DNA of 64,000 nucleotides from an uncultured Clostridia bacterium (GCA_904387305.1 CAJFLB010000011.1:10156-74155); one strand, 5' to 3'. Shown: positions 55,057 to 63,567, numbered from the stretch's first letter. The notes: a model not told the origin generated them from the sequence alone. Program-made: numbers and translations.

Positions 55057-56772
55057 ATGAGAGAGCCAATACATGATTTTGTGAAATTTACAGATTTGAG
55101 AGATATGTTAGAAAAGTCTGAAAAACTTTATGGGGATAAACCTGCTTATGTTTTTAAAACTGAGGAAGAAGGAAAATTTAGAGAAATTACACATAAAGAG
55201 TTTAGAGATGATGTAAAAGCATTAGGAACAAAATTTGTAAATATGGGATTAAGAGATAAAAGAATTGCCGTTATATCAGAAAATAGATATGAATGGGGAA
55301 TTGTTTATTTAGCAGCTGTTACTGGAACAGGAGTGATTGTTCCATTAGATAAATCTTTACCAGAAAATGAAATAGAAAGTCTAATGATTCGTTCAGAAGT
55401 AGAAGCGATTGTATATTCTCAAAAATATAATGACATTATGGACAGAATAAAAAAAGAAAAAAATACAAAAGTAAAATATTTCATTTCAATGGACTTAGAA
55501 AAAGAAGAGAATGGAATATATTCTGAATATGAATTGATAAGACAAGGAAAAGAATTATTAGAAGCAGGTAATAGGGAATTTTTAGATGCAAAAATCGATG
55601 CAGAAAACATGGCTATTATGCTATTTACATCAGGAACAACAGCTATGTCAAAAGCAGTTATGTTATCACATAAAAATATATGTGCCAACATAATGGATAT
55701 TACATCTGTTTTAAGAATATATGATACAGATAGATTCTTATCTTTTTTGCCATTGCATCACACATTTGAATGCACAACTGGATTTTTATATCCATTATCA
55801 AGAGGTTCTTCAATTGCATTTTGCGAAGGTATTAGGCATATAGCAGACAATTTAAAAGAATATAAAGCAAGTGTCATGGTATCAGTTCCAATTTTGTTTG
55901 AAGGAATGTATAAAAAAGTAATGAAAACAATTGAGAAAAAAGGCAAATTGAAAACAGTACAAAAAGGAATAAAAATTAGTCAATTTTTATTAAAATTTGG
56001 AATAGATATCAGAAAAAAATTATTTAAAGAAATTCATGACACATTAGGTGGAAATATAAGAATTTTTGTGGCAGGAGGAGCTGCTCTAGATCCAGAAACA
56101 GAAAAGGGATTTAATGAACTAGGATTTACATTATATCAAGGATATGGACTAACAGAAAGTTCACCAGTTATTTCTGTGGAAGACGATAAATATCAAAGAT
56201 TAGGTTCTATTGGAAAAGCTTTTCCAAGTTTAGATGTAAAAATAGAAGATCCTAATGAAGAGGGCGTTGGAGAATTGATGGTTAAAGGTCCATCTGTTAT
56301 GCTTGGATATTATAACAATGAAGAAGCAACAAAAGAAACTTTAACAGAAGATGGTTGGTTACATACAGGAGATTTAGCAAAAATAGACAAAGATGATTTT
56401 ATCTTTATTTCAGGAAGAAAGAAATTTGTGATTGTCTTAAAAAATGGAAAAAATATATATCCAGAAGAAATAGAAGCATTGATAAACAAAATTGAAGGGG
56501 TAAAAGAATCTTTTGTTTATGGAAAACCAGAAGATGATGGTGATTATAAAATATGTGCAAAAATTGTGTATGATGAAGATTTAGTTGAAGAAATTTTTGG
56601 AACAAAAAATCCAGAGGAATTGAAGGAAAAAATTTGGCAAGAAGTTAAAAAAATCAATAAGGCAATGCCTGCATATAAATATGTAAGAGAAATTAGTGTG
56701 ACAAATAAAGAATTAATTAAAACAACGACCCAAAAAGTAAAAAGATTTGAAGAAATAAAGACAGTTTTATAA
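55057..56772 (+). CDS. fadD: long-chain-fatty-acid--CoA ligase (AMP-binding enzyme)
   Basis: AMP-binding motif LFTSGTTAMSKAVMLSHKN, then YGLTESS, GWLHTGDL and GRKKFVIVLKNGKNIYPEEIE. Confidence 0.85.
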   Translation: MREPIHDFVKFTDLRDMLEKSEKLYGDKPAYVFKTEEEGKFREITHKEFRDDVKALGTKFVNMGLRDKRIAVISENRYEWGIVYLAAVTGTGVIVPLDKSLPENEIESLMIRSEVEAIVYSQKYNDIMDRIKKEKNTKVKYFISMDLEKEENGIYSEYELIRQGKELLEAGNREFLDAKIDAENMAIMLFTSGTTAMSKAVMLSHKNICANIMDITSVLRIYDTDRFLSFLPLHHTFECTTGFLYPLSRGSSIAFCEGIRHIADNLKEYKASVMVSVPILFEGMYKKVMKTIEKKGKLKTVQKGIKISQFLLKFGIDIRKKLFKEIHDTLGGNIRIFVAGGAALDPETEKGFNELGFTLYQGYGLTESSPVISVEDDKYQRLGSIGKAFPSLDVKIEDPNEEGVGELMVKGPSVMLGYYNNEEATKETLTEDGWLHTGDLAKIDKDDFIFISGRKKFVIVLKNGKNIYPEEIEALINKIEGVKESFVYGKPEDDGDYKICAKIVYDEDLVEEIFGTKNPEELKEKIWQEVKKINKAMPAYKYVREISVTNKELIKTTTQKVKRFEEIKTVL

Positions 56773-56887
56773 GAAGCTTAATCTTGTTGTATACGAAAAA
56801 AATCCATATTGGGCCAAGATAAAAGCAGAATTTTCATTCTGCTTAAATATTTTTTCTTACTATTCACAGATTTAAATAGAAACTAAT

Positions 56888-57076
56888 CAGAATGTTGATA
56901 TATAAATATTTTTAAAGTTTCTCGGCTACCCTTCATTATGTTTAACAAATTCTAACAATAAAGCCATAACAATACCCGGAAACAGGACCATTTATGGCTT
57001 TATCTTAAGAATTTGTAAAACAATTCCGGTCACATTCGAATTCTTTAAAAATATTTATTTATCAACATTCTATTGG
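56888..57076. repeat. family C long imperfect palindrome, copy 2
   Basis: Arms of about 85 bp (cagaatgttgatatataaatatttttaaagtttctcggct ... versus ... ccggtcacattcgaattctttaaaaatatttatttatcaacattctattgg). Shares the ctcggct / cacattcg submotifs with copy 1. Confidence 0.7.
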
Positions 57077-57336
57077 TTGTAAATTGTATTGAATAGAAAA
57101 ATCGCTTTTTCGTAAACAAATATAAATCTGGATTCACTTTTACAAATGCAAATGCTACGGAGAAAACAGAAAATGGGCAAAAATACGAAGAAATAGGAAA
57201 TGTTACAAAAATGTAATATTTTTGTAACAAAAACTTAAAAAAAAAATCTTCCGTTAGTATTGTAGTTTTTTGTAGGTTAATGTATAATTATAATTGTATA
57301 AAAAACATATGCTTAAGATAAAAGGAGGTAATTTAC

Positions 57337-58188
57337 ATGTCTAAATCTGGCATAGTAAATGTGAGAATGGTTATCACTGAGGAGAAAATATTATCAAATA
57401 TAGATAAAGTACATAAACTTATTAATCCAAAAAGTAAAAAACAAATTATACAATTGGAAGATGATTCTTATTTTAAAGATTTAATAGAATCAATTAAAAC
57501 ATATTTAATTGAATATCCAAAAAAGAAAAATTTTCCAATAAGTGTTTATAAGGCTGCTTATGAATTAGTGGAATATGCTACAAATCAATTTGAGGAAAAT
57601 ACAAAAAAAATTGAAGAATTAATTAGACAAAGAGAACAAAATATAGCTTTATCAGGAAGATTAAAAGAATTAATTGAGATTGTAGATAATAAAGAAAAAA
57701 ATTGGAAAGATCAAGTAAAAGACGCAGAAGAAGAATTTTCAGAAGATATTATAGAGACATTGAATATTGTTGGAAAATGCAAAGGAAAGAAATCTCAAAA
57801 CTATCAAGATGCTATGAAATTGTTAAATGCTAGAGTAACAAATCTTGAATCTAATTTACATATAGAAATTGATATGGAAAGAATAGAAGATAGATCAAAG
57901 GCATTAAGCTATATTGGAATTGAAATAGCAGACGCATTAAAATCTATTCCAGCACCAGCAGAAGAAAAAACACCATTAGTGGAACAAGAACAAGTACAGG
58001 CAGAACAAAAAGAGCAAGTAAATGTAGAACAACAACAATATGAACAAGAAGTAACCTTTGAAAAGAAACCAAGTCTATGGCAAAGATTTAAAAATAGTAA
58101 ACTTGTAAGAACAATTCGATATATTACAAAAATTAGAATTGTTATACAATATCCAGCATTGCCAGAAGGAAAAGGTTCAGATAATTAA
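57337..58188 (+). CDS. hypothetical protein (283 aa, Glu/Gln-rich)
   Basis: RBS AAAGGAGGT. No recognisable motif. Confidence 0.5.
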   Translation: MSKSGIVNVRMVITEEKILSNIDKVHKLINPKSKKQIIQLEDDSYFKDLIESIKTYLIEYPKKKNFPISVYKAAYELVEYATNQFEENTKKIEELIRQREQNIALSGRLKELIEIVDNKEKNWKDQVKDAEEEFSEDIIETLNIVGKCKGKKSQNYQDAMKLLNARVTNLESNLHIEIDMERIEDRSKALSYIGIEIADALKSIPAPAEEKTPLVEQEQVQAEQKEQVNVEQQQYEQEVTFEKKPSLWQRFKNSKLVRTIRYITKIRIVIQYPALPEGKGSDN

Positions 58189-58320
58189 TAAAGGAAATTC
58201 ATAAAAGGAGTTAGTTTTCAATCTAACTCCTTTAATAAGTATAAAATAGAATTATATTAAAGAAAAATAGAATTTTAAATGAATAATTAGCAAGAAATTA
58301 TAGGAATTTGAAAAAATGTC

Positions 58321-58349
58321 TTGACAACTAAATAAAAATAGTTTATACT
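58321..58349 (+). promoter_or_regulatory. sigma-A promoter for the tRNA pair
   Basis: TTGACA (58321-26), 17-nt spacer, TATACT (58344-49). Confidence 0.55.
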
Positions 58350-58370
58350 GTAACTTGCGTTAAGGAAAAC

Positions 58371-58447
58371 GCTCCCTTAGCTCAGTTGGTCAGAGCAACC
58401 GGCTCATAACCGGTGGGTCCAAGGTTCGAATCCTTGAGGGAGCACCA
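58371..58447 (+). tRNA. tRNA with a CAU anticodon (elongator type; acceptor stem resembles lysidine-modified tRNA-Ile2, otherwise tRNA-Met)
   Basis: Cloverleaf: acceptor GCUCCCU/AGGGAGC, D stem GCUC/GAGC, anticodon stem ACCGG/CCGGU with loop CUCAUAA, T stem CAAGG/CCUUG, encoded CCA. It lacks initiator features. C4 and C5 match Ile2-like acceptor stems. Confidence 0.85.
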
Positions 58448-58457
58448 TTATACATAT

Positions 58458-58772
58458 GGGTAGGTGGCCGAGTGGCTAAAGGCGGCAGACTGTGGTCTTT
58501 GGTTAATCAAAACCTAAACTTGCAGCTCATATAAGTGATTATATGATGAACACCGGGCTAATTCGGGGAACTCTTAACAGTTAGGCTGATGACAATCCCG
58601 AGCTAGGAAAGAAATTTCCGAGTGTAGAGACTTTATACCTGGTATCTTGAAAAAGATAAAGAGAAAGTCCAGACTACAAACATAATATATTTGGTTATGG
58701 TAGTGAAAACTATAGTAGTAAGAAATCTGTTCTCATTTGAGTACGAAGGTTCGAATCCTTCCCTGCCCACCA
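58458..58772 (+). tRNA. tRNA-Tyr(GUA) interrupted by a group I intron in the anticodon loop (exons 58458..58493 and 58723..58772)
   Basis: Joined exons give acceptor GGGUAGG/CCUGCCC, a long D loop AGUGGCUAAA, anticodon stem GCAGA/UCUGU with loop CU-GUA-AA, a long variable arm (CUCA-UU-UGAG), T arm GAAGG-UUCGAAU-CCUUC, discriminator A and CCA. Confidence 0.8.
58494..58722 (+). mobile_element. group I intron (229 nt, ORF-less), inserted between U35 and A36 of tRNA-Tyr
   Basis: The 5' exon ends in U and the intron ends in G. Core elements: P UAAUUCGGGGAAC (58559-71), Q AAUCCCGAGC (58594-603), R GUCCAGACUACAA (58667-79), S AACUAUAGUAGUAAG (58708-22). P4 pairs CGGG/CCCG; P7 pairs ACUAC/GUAGU. Confidence 0.75.
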
Positions 58773-58773
58773 T

Positions 58774-58803
58774 AAAATACAAGGAAACTTGTATTTTATT
58801 TTT
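58774..58803 (+). terminator. rho-independent terminator after the tRNA pair
   Basis: aaaatacaag-gaaa-cttgtatttt plus a T-run. Confidence 0.75.
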
Positions 58804-58846
58804 ATATAAAAAACAAACAAATGTTTTAAAAGAAAGGAAAGAGCCT

Positions 58847-59230
58847 ATGAATTTTGATACTAATAAAGAAAAAGGAAATTCGGGTTTAGGAATGGCAATA
58901 GCATATTTTACAACAAAAGGATATACGGTATCAATACCATTAAATGATACACAGGATTATGACTTAGTAATCGAAAAATGTAATAAATTATATACAGTGC
59001 AAGTAAAAGCAACAGGATGTAAAACAAAATATAATGTATATCAAGTAGCTTTAAAAAGCTGTGGCGGAACAAAAGGAAAGGAATATAAAACAGTAGTAAA
59101 CACAAATGTAGATTATATATTTATATTAGATGCTGAGCAAAAAATGTATTTAATTCCAAGGATAGAAATTGTAAATAAAAGTACAATTAATTTGGGGAAA
59201 AGAATGGAAACATATAGAGTGAATATTTAA
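58847..59230 (+). CDS. PD-(D/E)XK endonuclease (group I intron-associated, I-Ssp6803I-like family), free-standing
   Basis: MNFDTNKEKGNSGLGMAIAYFTTKGYTVSIPLNDTQDYDLVIEKCNKLYTVQVKATG carries D ... D/E-x-K spacing (DYDLVIE ... VQVK). ATG at 58847 after RBS AAAGGAAAGAG. The upstream part of track ORF 58691.. overlaps the tRNA exon and is spurious. Confidence 0.55.
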   Translation: MNFDTNKEKGNSGLGMAIAYFTTKGYTVSIPLNDTQDYDLVIEKCNKLYTVQVKATGCKTKYNVYQVALKSCGGTKGKEYKTVVNTNVDYIFILDAEQKMYLIPRIEIVNKSTINLGKRMETYRVNI

Positions 59231-59288
59231 AATATGGGAAGTAATTAATTATGAAGACATCTTTGATGAATTTGGCAAAAAATATGAC

Positions 59289-59708
59289 TTATAGCATATG
59301 CCATAAGTCATCAAAATCGTTCTTATCAATAATCTTCAAATCAAATGCTAATTGAATTTGATCTCTTCTTTTTTCATCATCATTGATATTTTGTAAGTAA
59401 TTTAATACCGCTTCTTTTCCACCTATATTAGAATAAATTTCTTGCATTTCTTCATTAGAGAATTTTCTTTTTTCATTAGTATGTCTATCTACCATAGTAA
59501 AACTTTTAGATAATTCATTATACATTGCAAGTTTAATCATTCGGTCATTTTCATTTTCTACTTCGCTTGTAAGAATTTTTACTGCTTGTTCCAAGTTTTC
59601 TACTTGCATAGGAGTTCTATATGTTTTATAAGCCATAAAAACACCAAATGAAACAGCCACTATTATAAGTATGATTAAAATAATTATTAGAATTTTAGTT
59701 TTGTTCAT
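59289..59708 (-). CDS. membrane-anchored hypothetical protein (139 aa)
   Basis: N-terminal TM ILIIILIILIIVAVSFGVFMA. Last gene of a three-gene minus-strand operon. Confidence 0.5.
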   Translation of the reverse strand: MNKTKILIIILIILIIVAVSFGVFMAYKTYRTPMQVENLEQAVKILTSEVENENDRMIKLAMYNELSKSFTMVDRHTNEKRKFSNEEMQEIYSNIGGKEAVLNYLQNINDDEKRRDQIQLAFDLKIIDKNDFDDLWHML

Positions 59709-60006
59709 TTTTATTTTCTCCTTTCATATTTTCTAATTTTTCATTTAACTTTTTTATCATATATTTATCATATTTATGAACTATAATTGCTATCAATAGG
59801 AAAAATATTGTATATACTCCGACATACCAAGGAAGAAAATAAAACAAATTATGAGGAATCATTTGTAATTCTAACAAAGGTATAATAGTATTATCTGTTA
59901 AAAGTGAAAACAATGTTATATGGATAATATAAGAAATTATTGTAAATAGTATTAAACCCACTATATAATAAATACTCAAGTTAAAAATTAATTTTCTTTT
60001 CTTCAT
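59695..60006 (-). CDS. small polytopic membrane protein (DUF3021-like partner of the LytTR protein)
   Basis: Two or three TM helices. Overlaps the downstream gene and abuts the LytTR gene. Confidence 0.45.
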   Translation of the reverse strand: MKKRKLIFNLSIYYIVGLILFTIISYIIHITLFSLLTDNTIIPLLELQMIPHNLFYFLPWYVGVYTIFFLLIAIIVHKYDKYMIKKLNEKLENMKGENKNEQN

Positions 60007-60008
60007 AA

Positions 60009-60473
60009 TTATATCATCCTTTCTTCTAAAATTTTCATAATTTGTCTAGTCCTTCTTCTTGAAACAACTTCTTCTGTTGAATCATCCAACTTGACAATTA
60101 TTCTTCCAACTTCACTTATATCAAATTTATCTATATGTTTGATATTTACAATGCAGCTTTTTGATATTCTTATAAAATTATTATCCATATTCTCTAACTC
60201 ATATAATTTACTTTTTATCTTATATGTTTCATTTTTAGTCCTACAATAATTAGACTTTTTATCACTATAAAATGCAACAATATCTATATATTTTATTTCT
60301 ATTAAATTATAATTTTTATCTGTTACTATTACTTTATCATGATTGAATTCATAATTGTTTAAGTATTCAATAAAATCGTATAAATCTTGATTATTATTTG
60401 AAAACTGTATTTCTATTATGACTTTGTCATTTTCTAAACTATTATTTATTTTTTTTACAATCTCAAATTTCAT
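60009..60473 (-). CDS. LytTR-family DNA-binding protein (no receiver domain)
   Basis: IKYIDIVAFYSDKKSNYCRT ... FIRISKSCIVNIKHIDKFD is a LytTR domain. Confidence 0.75.
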   Translation of the reverse strand: MKFEIVKKINNSLENDKVIIEIQFSNNNQDLYDFIEYLNNYEFNHDKVIVTDKNYNLIEIKYIDIVAFYSDKKSNYCRTKNETYKIKSKLYELENMDNNFIRISKSCIVNIKHIDKFDISEVGRIIVKLDDSTEEVVSRRRTRQIMKILEERMI

Positions 60474-60755
60474 AATTGTATATGTTACACAGTTTTAAAG
60501 CTGTAACAATATACCTCCTTTCATTATTTTTATCCATACTTTATTTCTGAAAAGATTATAAAACATACATTTTTAATTGACAATATTTATACTATAAGAG
60601 GCTTAATAAAATGATAAACGGCTTAAATAGAGTAAAAGTTTCAAACTAACAAAAAATAGAAACAAATGGAAACCAAAAACAGTAAAGAATTATTGAAATA
60701 AAAAAGAGTATATGATACCATTAACTTAAAGTAATCATAAAAGGAGTAAAAGGGT

Positions 60756-61475
60756 ATGTTTAGAAATAGAGGAGAGGTTCCTAATATTGATATAGGACAA
60801 GACAATGGAAATAGGGGATATGGAGTACCACATTATTCACACTATTGGAGGCATAGATATATTATTATACATTATGATAAAACTTTTATTGCCATGGAGT
60901 TAATTTCAGCTTTTCTTATCATTCTAATAGCAGTTGCGGTATATTTGTTTGCTTATCAAATTACATTTTATGATCCAATAGCAGAAATAAAGGAAACATT
61001 TTTAAACTTTCAATTGATTAGTATCCTTGCAACAGTTATCTTAGCCGCATTGATTACAATATTATCCAAACAAAAAGAAACAATCATAAAAGGGTTAAAA
61101 TTAGTAGGAATATTATCCTTATTAATTGTTTTTATTCATTTAGGATTAAAGATTTATTTGGACAGTCAATATAGTGAAGAAACATTTGGGGAATTTTATG
61201 AAATATATGAACAAGGAGATACAAATTCAAAAAGAGTAACGGTAGGATTATCTGGAATACAATATTTAGATGACAAAGAAGCATATATAGAAGATAGTGT
61301 AAATGCTTATACAAATTTCAAAATAAAAACAATATTATATATGGTCATATATTTCATAACCATATGTATCATATTCTATTTAGCACATAGGTTAGAAAAT
61401 ATAGAGGACAAGAAAGAAGAATTACATAAAGATGATGATATATTATTTGATGAGGAAGAAAATATAAAATTTTAA
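60756..61475 (+). CDS. hypothetical polytopic membrane protein (239 aa)
   Basis: RBS AAGGAG 9 nt upstream. Four predicted TM helices. Confidence 0.5.
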   Translation: MFRNRGEVPNIDIGQDNGNRGYGVPHYSHYWRHRYIIIHYDKTFIAMELISAFLIILIAVAVYLFAYQITFYDPIAEIKETFLNFQLISILATVILAALITILSKQKETIIKGLKLVGILSLLIVFIHLGLKIYLDSQYSEETFGEFYEIYEQGDTNSKRVTVGLSGIQYLDDKEAYIEDSVNAYTNFKIKTILYMVIYFITICIIFYLAHRLENIEDKKEELHKDDDILFDEEENIKF

Positions 61476-61527
61476 AAAAAGATAGTTATCTAGTTTAAGT
61501 TTTTAAATAGATAACTATCTTTTTTTT
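61475..61527. terminator. bidirectional terminator
   Basis: gatagttatcta ... tagataactatc, flanked by an A-run and a T-run. Confidence 0.7.
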
Positions 61528-61551
61528 ATTGTAAAAGACAACAAGATTTTT

Positions 61552-62061
61552 TTATAATTTATTGTAAAATGTATCTGCATAACTGTTTGATACTGTGGTC
61601 CCATCAGCCTTGTTAACAGATGAATAAGATTTGTACAATAATACAATTAATGAAATTAATGTTACATCAACAAGATAAGGACCTAAAAAGTAAAAAAATT
61701 GATCTATACTAGTATAGTAATTAACTACTTCTCTTATAACTTCACCTAAATTTGCTAGTAAGTTAATAAAATCATAAATGATTAACCAACCTATAGGAAT
61801 CATAGCGATAACAATTGTTTTTTTAGATGATTGTAACTTATGTTGTTTTAATCTATCAATAGATAATAGTACAAAAATAAAAGAAATGATTTCAAAAATA
61901 AGTCCAAAATCAAAAAGATTATATGCAAGAGCAATTAAATAAGTAATCCCACTAAGTGCAAAAATACCTATGCAAAACTTTAATAAACGAATAGCCTTGT
62001 CTACATATACTTCTTGAACATGTGCTTTATTTTTCATCTCAAGATTTTGATTATCAGTCAT
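61552..62061 (-). CDS. hypothetical membrane protein (169 aa)
   Basis: Four TM helices. RBS AAGGGGGA on the minus strand. Confidence 0.5.
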   Translation of the reverse strand: MTDNQNLEMKNKAHVQEVYVDKAIRLLKFCIGIFALSGITYLIALAYNLFDFGLIFEIISFIFVLLSIDRLKQHKLQSSKKTIVIAMIPIGWLIIYDFINLLANLGEVIREVVNYYTSIDQFFYFLGPYLVDVTLISLIVLLYKSYSSVNKADGTTVSNSYADTFYNKL

Positions 62062-62266
62062 AAAATAAATCCCCCTTAAAAATATTTTATATGAAATTAT
62101 AGAATATTACAACATAATAAATAAAATTAGGAAATTTATTTAATAAATAACCAAAAAGTAAAAATTGAACTTTTCCTCTTGAAAATCTATTGTTGAAAAA
62201 AGTCGAATATGCTAGAATATGATTAATGGATGTGTGAACTTAGAGAAAATTAAGGGGGGGAATGAT

Positions 62267-62836
62267 TTGGAAAATAAGCAAGTAGCAACAGTTAGAACAA
62301 TAACAGGAGAATTAATAGGTGGATTTATCCTTTATGGAATCGTATTTGGTATATTGTATAGTTTTATATATTCAGCAATAACCAATAGGATTTCAGAAGA
62401 TTCATTAATATTAACAGCTATTATAGCCATTATTTTTCAAGGAATAACAGTATTTTGTGTATGGAGATGTAGTATTGCCACTACTTTTAGAAAAAGATTA
62501 ATAGAAACAAATGATGTAAAAATAGTTATGAAAAACCTTATGATTTTTACTGTTATAATTTGTTTTTTAACTACATTGATGAATTTTGCACAAGTTAATG
62601 AAACAGTAGAGGATGCAATAAATTCAAATGCTAATGTAATGATGGCAGAATCTTATATGAAATATTTATATGATGATGAAGAAATTGCTCAATATGAAGC
62701 AGAAAAAGAAAAAATAGTTAATGAAACTAAAGGAAAATTATATGTTTATTTAGCTGTTTTGGAAATTGGTTTATTAGCTGTGTATTTAGGTGTAGTACCA
62801 TTACAAAAAAAGGCAATTTTAAAATATGCAGTATAA
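62267..62836 (+). CDS. hypothetical membrane protein
   Basis: TTG at 62267 lies 7 nt after AAGGGGGG; the track ORF starts at ATG 62219. Four TM helices. Confidence 0.45.
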   Translation: MENKQVATVRTITGELIGGFILYGIVFGILYSFIYSAITNRISEDSLILTAIIAIIFQGITVFCVWRCSIATTFRKRLIETNDVKIVMKNLMIFTVIICFLTTLMNFAQVNETVEDAINSNANVMMAESYMKYLYDDEEIAQYEAEKEKIVNETKGKLYVYLAVLEIGLLAVYLGVVPLQKKAILKYAV

Positions 62837-62855
62837 ATAGAAAGGAGAAAATAAG

Positions 62856-63125
62856 ATGACGATAGTATCTATAATAATATTAGTAGCGATGGGAATACTT
62901 TGTGCTTTTATACATAAAAATAAAGGATATTCTCCCATTGCTGGATTTTGTTGGGGTTTTTTCTTTTTTATAATAGGACTAATTATAGTTTTATTAGAAA
63001 GAAATAAAGGAGAACAGATAGAAGCAGATAAAGGAAAATTATCTATGACACAATGGTTATTAATCTTTTTAGGAGTGGGAATTGTGTTAATTATCATATT
63101 CTTTATTATAATGAATTTGATGTGA
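62856..63125 (+). CDS. small membrane protein (89 aa)
   Basis: RBS AAAGGAGAA. Three TM helices. Confidence 0.5.
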   Translation: MTIVSIIILVAMGILCAFIHKNKGYSPIAGFCWGFFFFIIGLIIVLLERNKGEQIEADKGKLSMTQWLLIFLGVGIVLIIIFFIIMNLM

Positions 63126-63129
63126 TAGA

Positions 63130-63167
63130 AAAAAAGCTGAGACTCTGGATAGAGTCTCAGCTTTTTG
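63130..63167. terminator. bidirectional terminator
   Basis: agctgagactc-tggata-gagtctcagct, flanked by an A-run and a T-run. Confidence 0.75.
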
Positions 63168-63168
63168 C

Positions 63169-63354
63169 TTACTCAGAATGCGTCTCTATGTAAGCCAAAG
63201 CTAGGTGAACAAAGAACACGATTACCGCTAAAACGGAAATAGCAGCTAATGATTCCGTTTCTAGGGGAATGTTCTGACACCAATTGAATAAAAGAAGTCC
63301 GATGAATGCTCCACATACAAAGGACAACGTCCGGACTAACGCTTTTTTTAACAT
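63169..63354 (-). CDS. 61-aa two-TM small membrane protein with a structured 5' leader
   Basis: RBS AAAAGGAGGT. Product: MLKKALVRTLSFVCGAFIGLLLFNWCQNIPLETESLAAISVLAVIVFFVHLALAYIETHSE. More G+C-rich than the flanks. Confidence 0.5.
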   Translation of the reverse strand: MLKKALVRTLSFVCGAFIGLLLFNWCQNIPLETESLAAISVLAVIVFFVHLALAYIETHSE

Positions 63355-63567
63355 AAAGCTAACCTCCTTTTTATTACTCGGAGGTTTGCACCTCCGAAAG
63401 TTTTACCTTTTCAAAGGTGCAACAAATGTTACTAAATTTATTATACAGCATTTACATAAAGAAATCAAATTTTGTATAAGTTGGATATCTAAAAATAAAG
63501 TAAATATTGCGAAAAGAATAAGAATGTAATATAATGAAACACATAAGAAAAATTAAAGGTGAGAAAT

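Noticed and set aside
58458-58772. Alternative reading of the split tRNA as tRNA-Ser(GGA), with the exon junction one base earlier
   Set aside because: That junction would put G, not U, before the 5' splice site, violating the group I rule. The discriminator is also A73 (Tyr/Leu-type), not G73 as in bacterial tRNA-Ser.
58691-58846. N-terminal 52 codons of track ORF 58691..59230
   Set aside because: This part overlaps the group I intron 3' end, the tRNA-Tyr 3' exon and its terminator. A proper RBS and ATG at 58847 start the PD-(D/E)XK domain.
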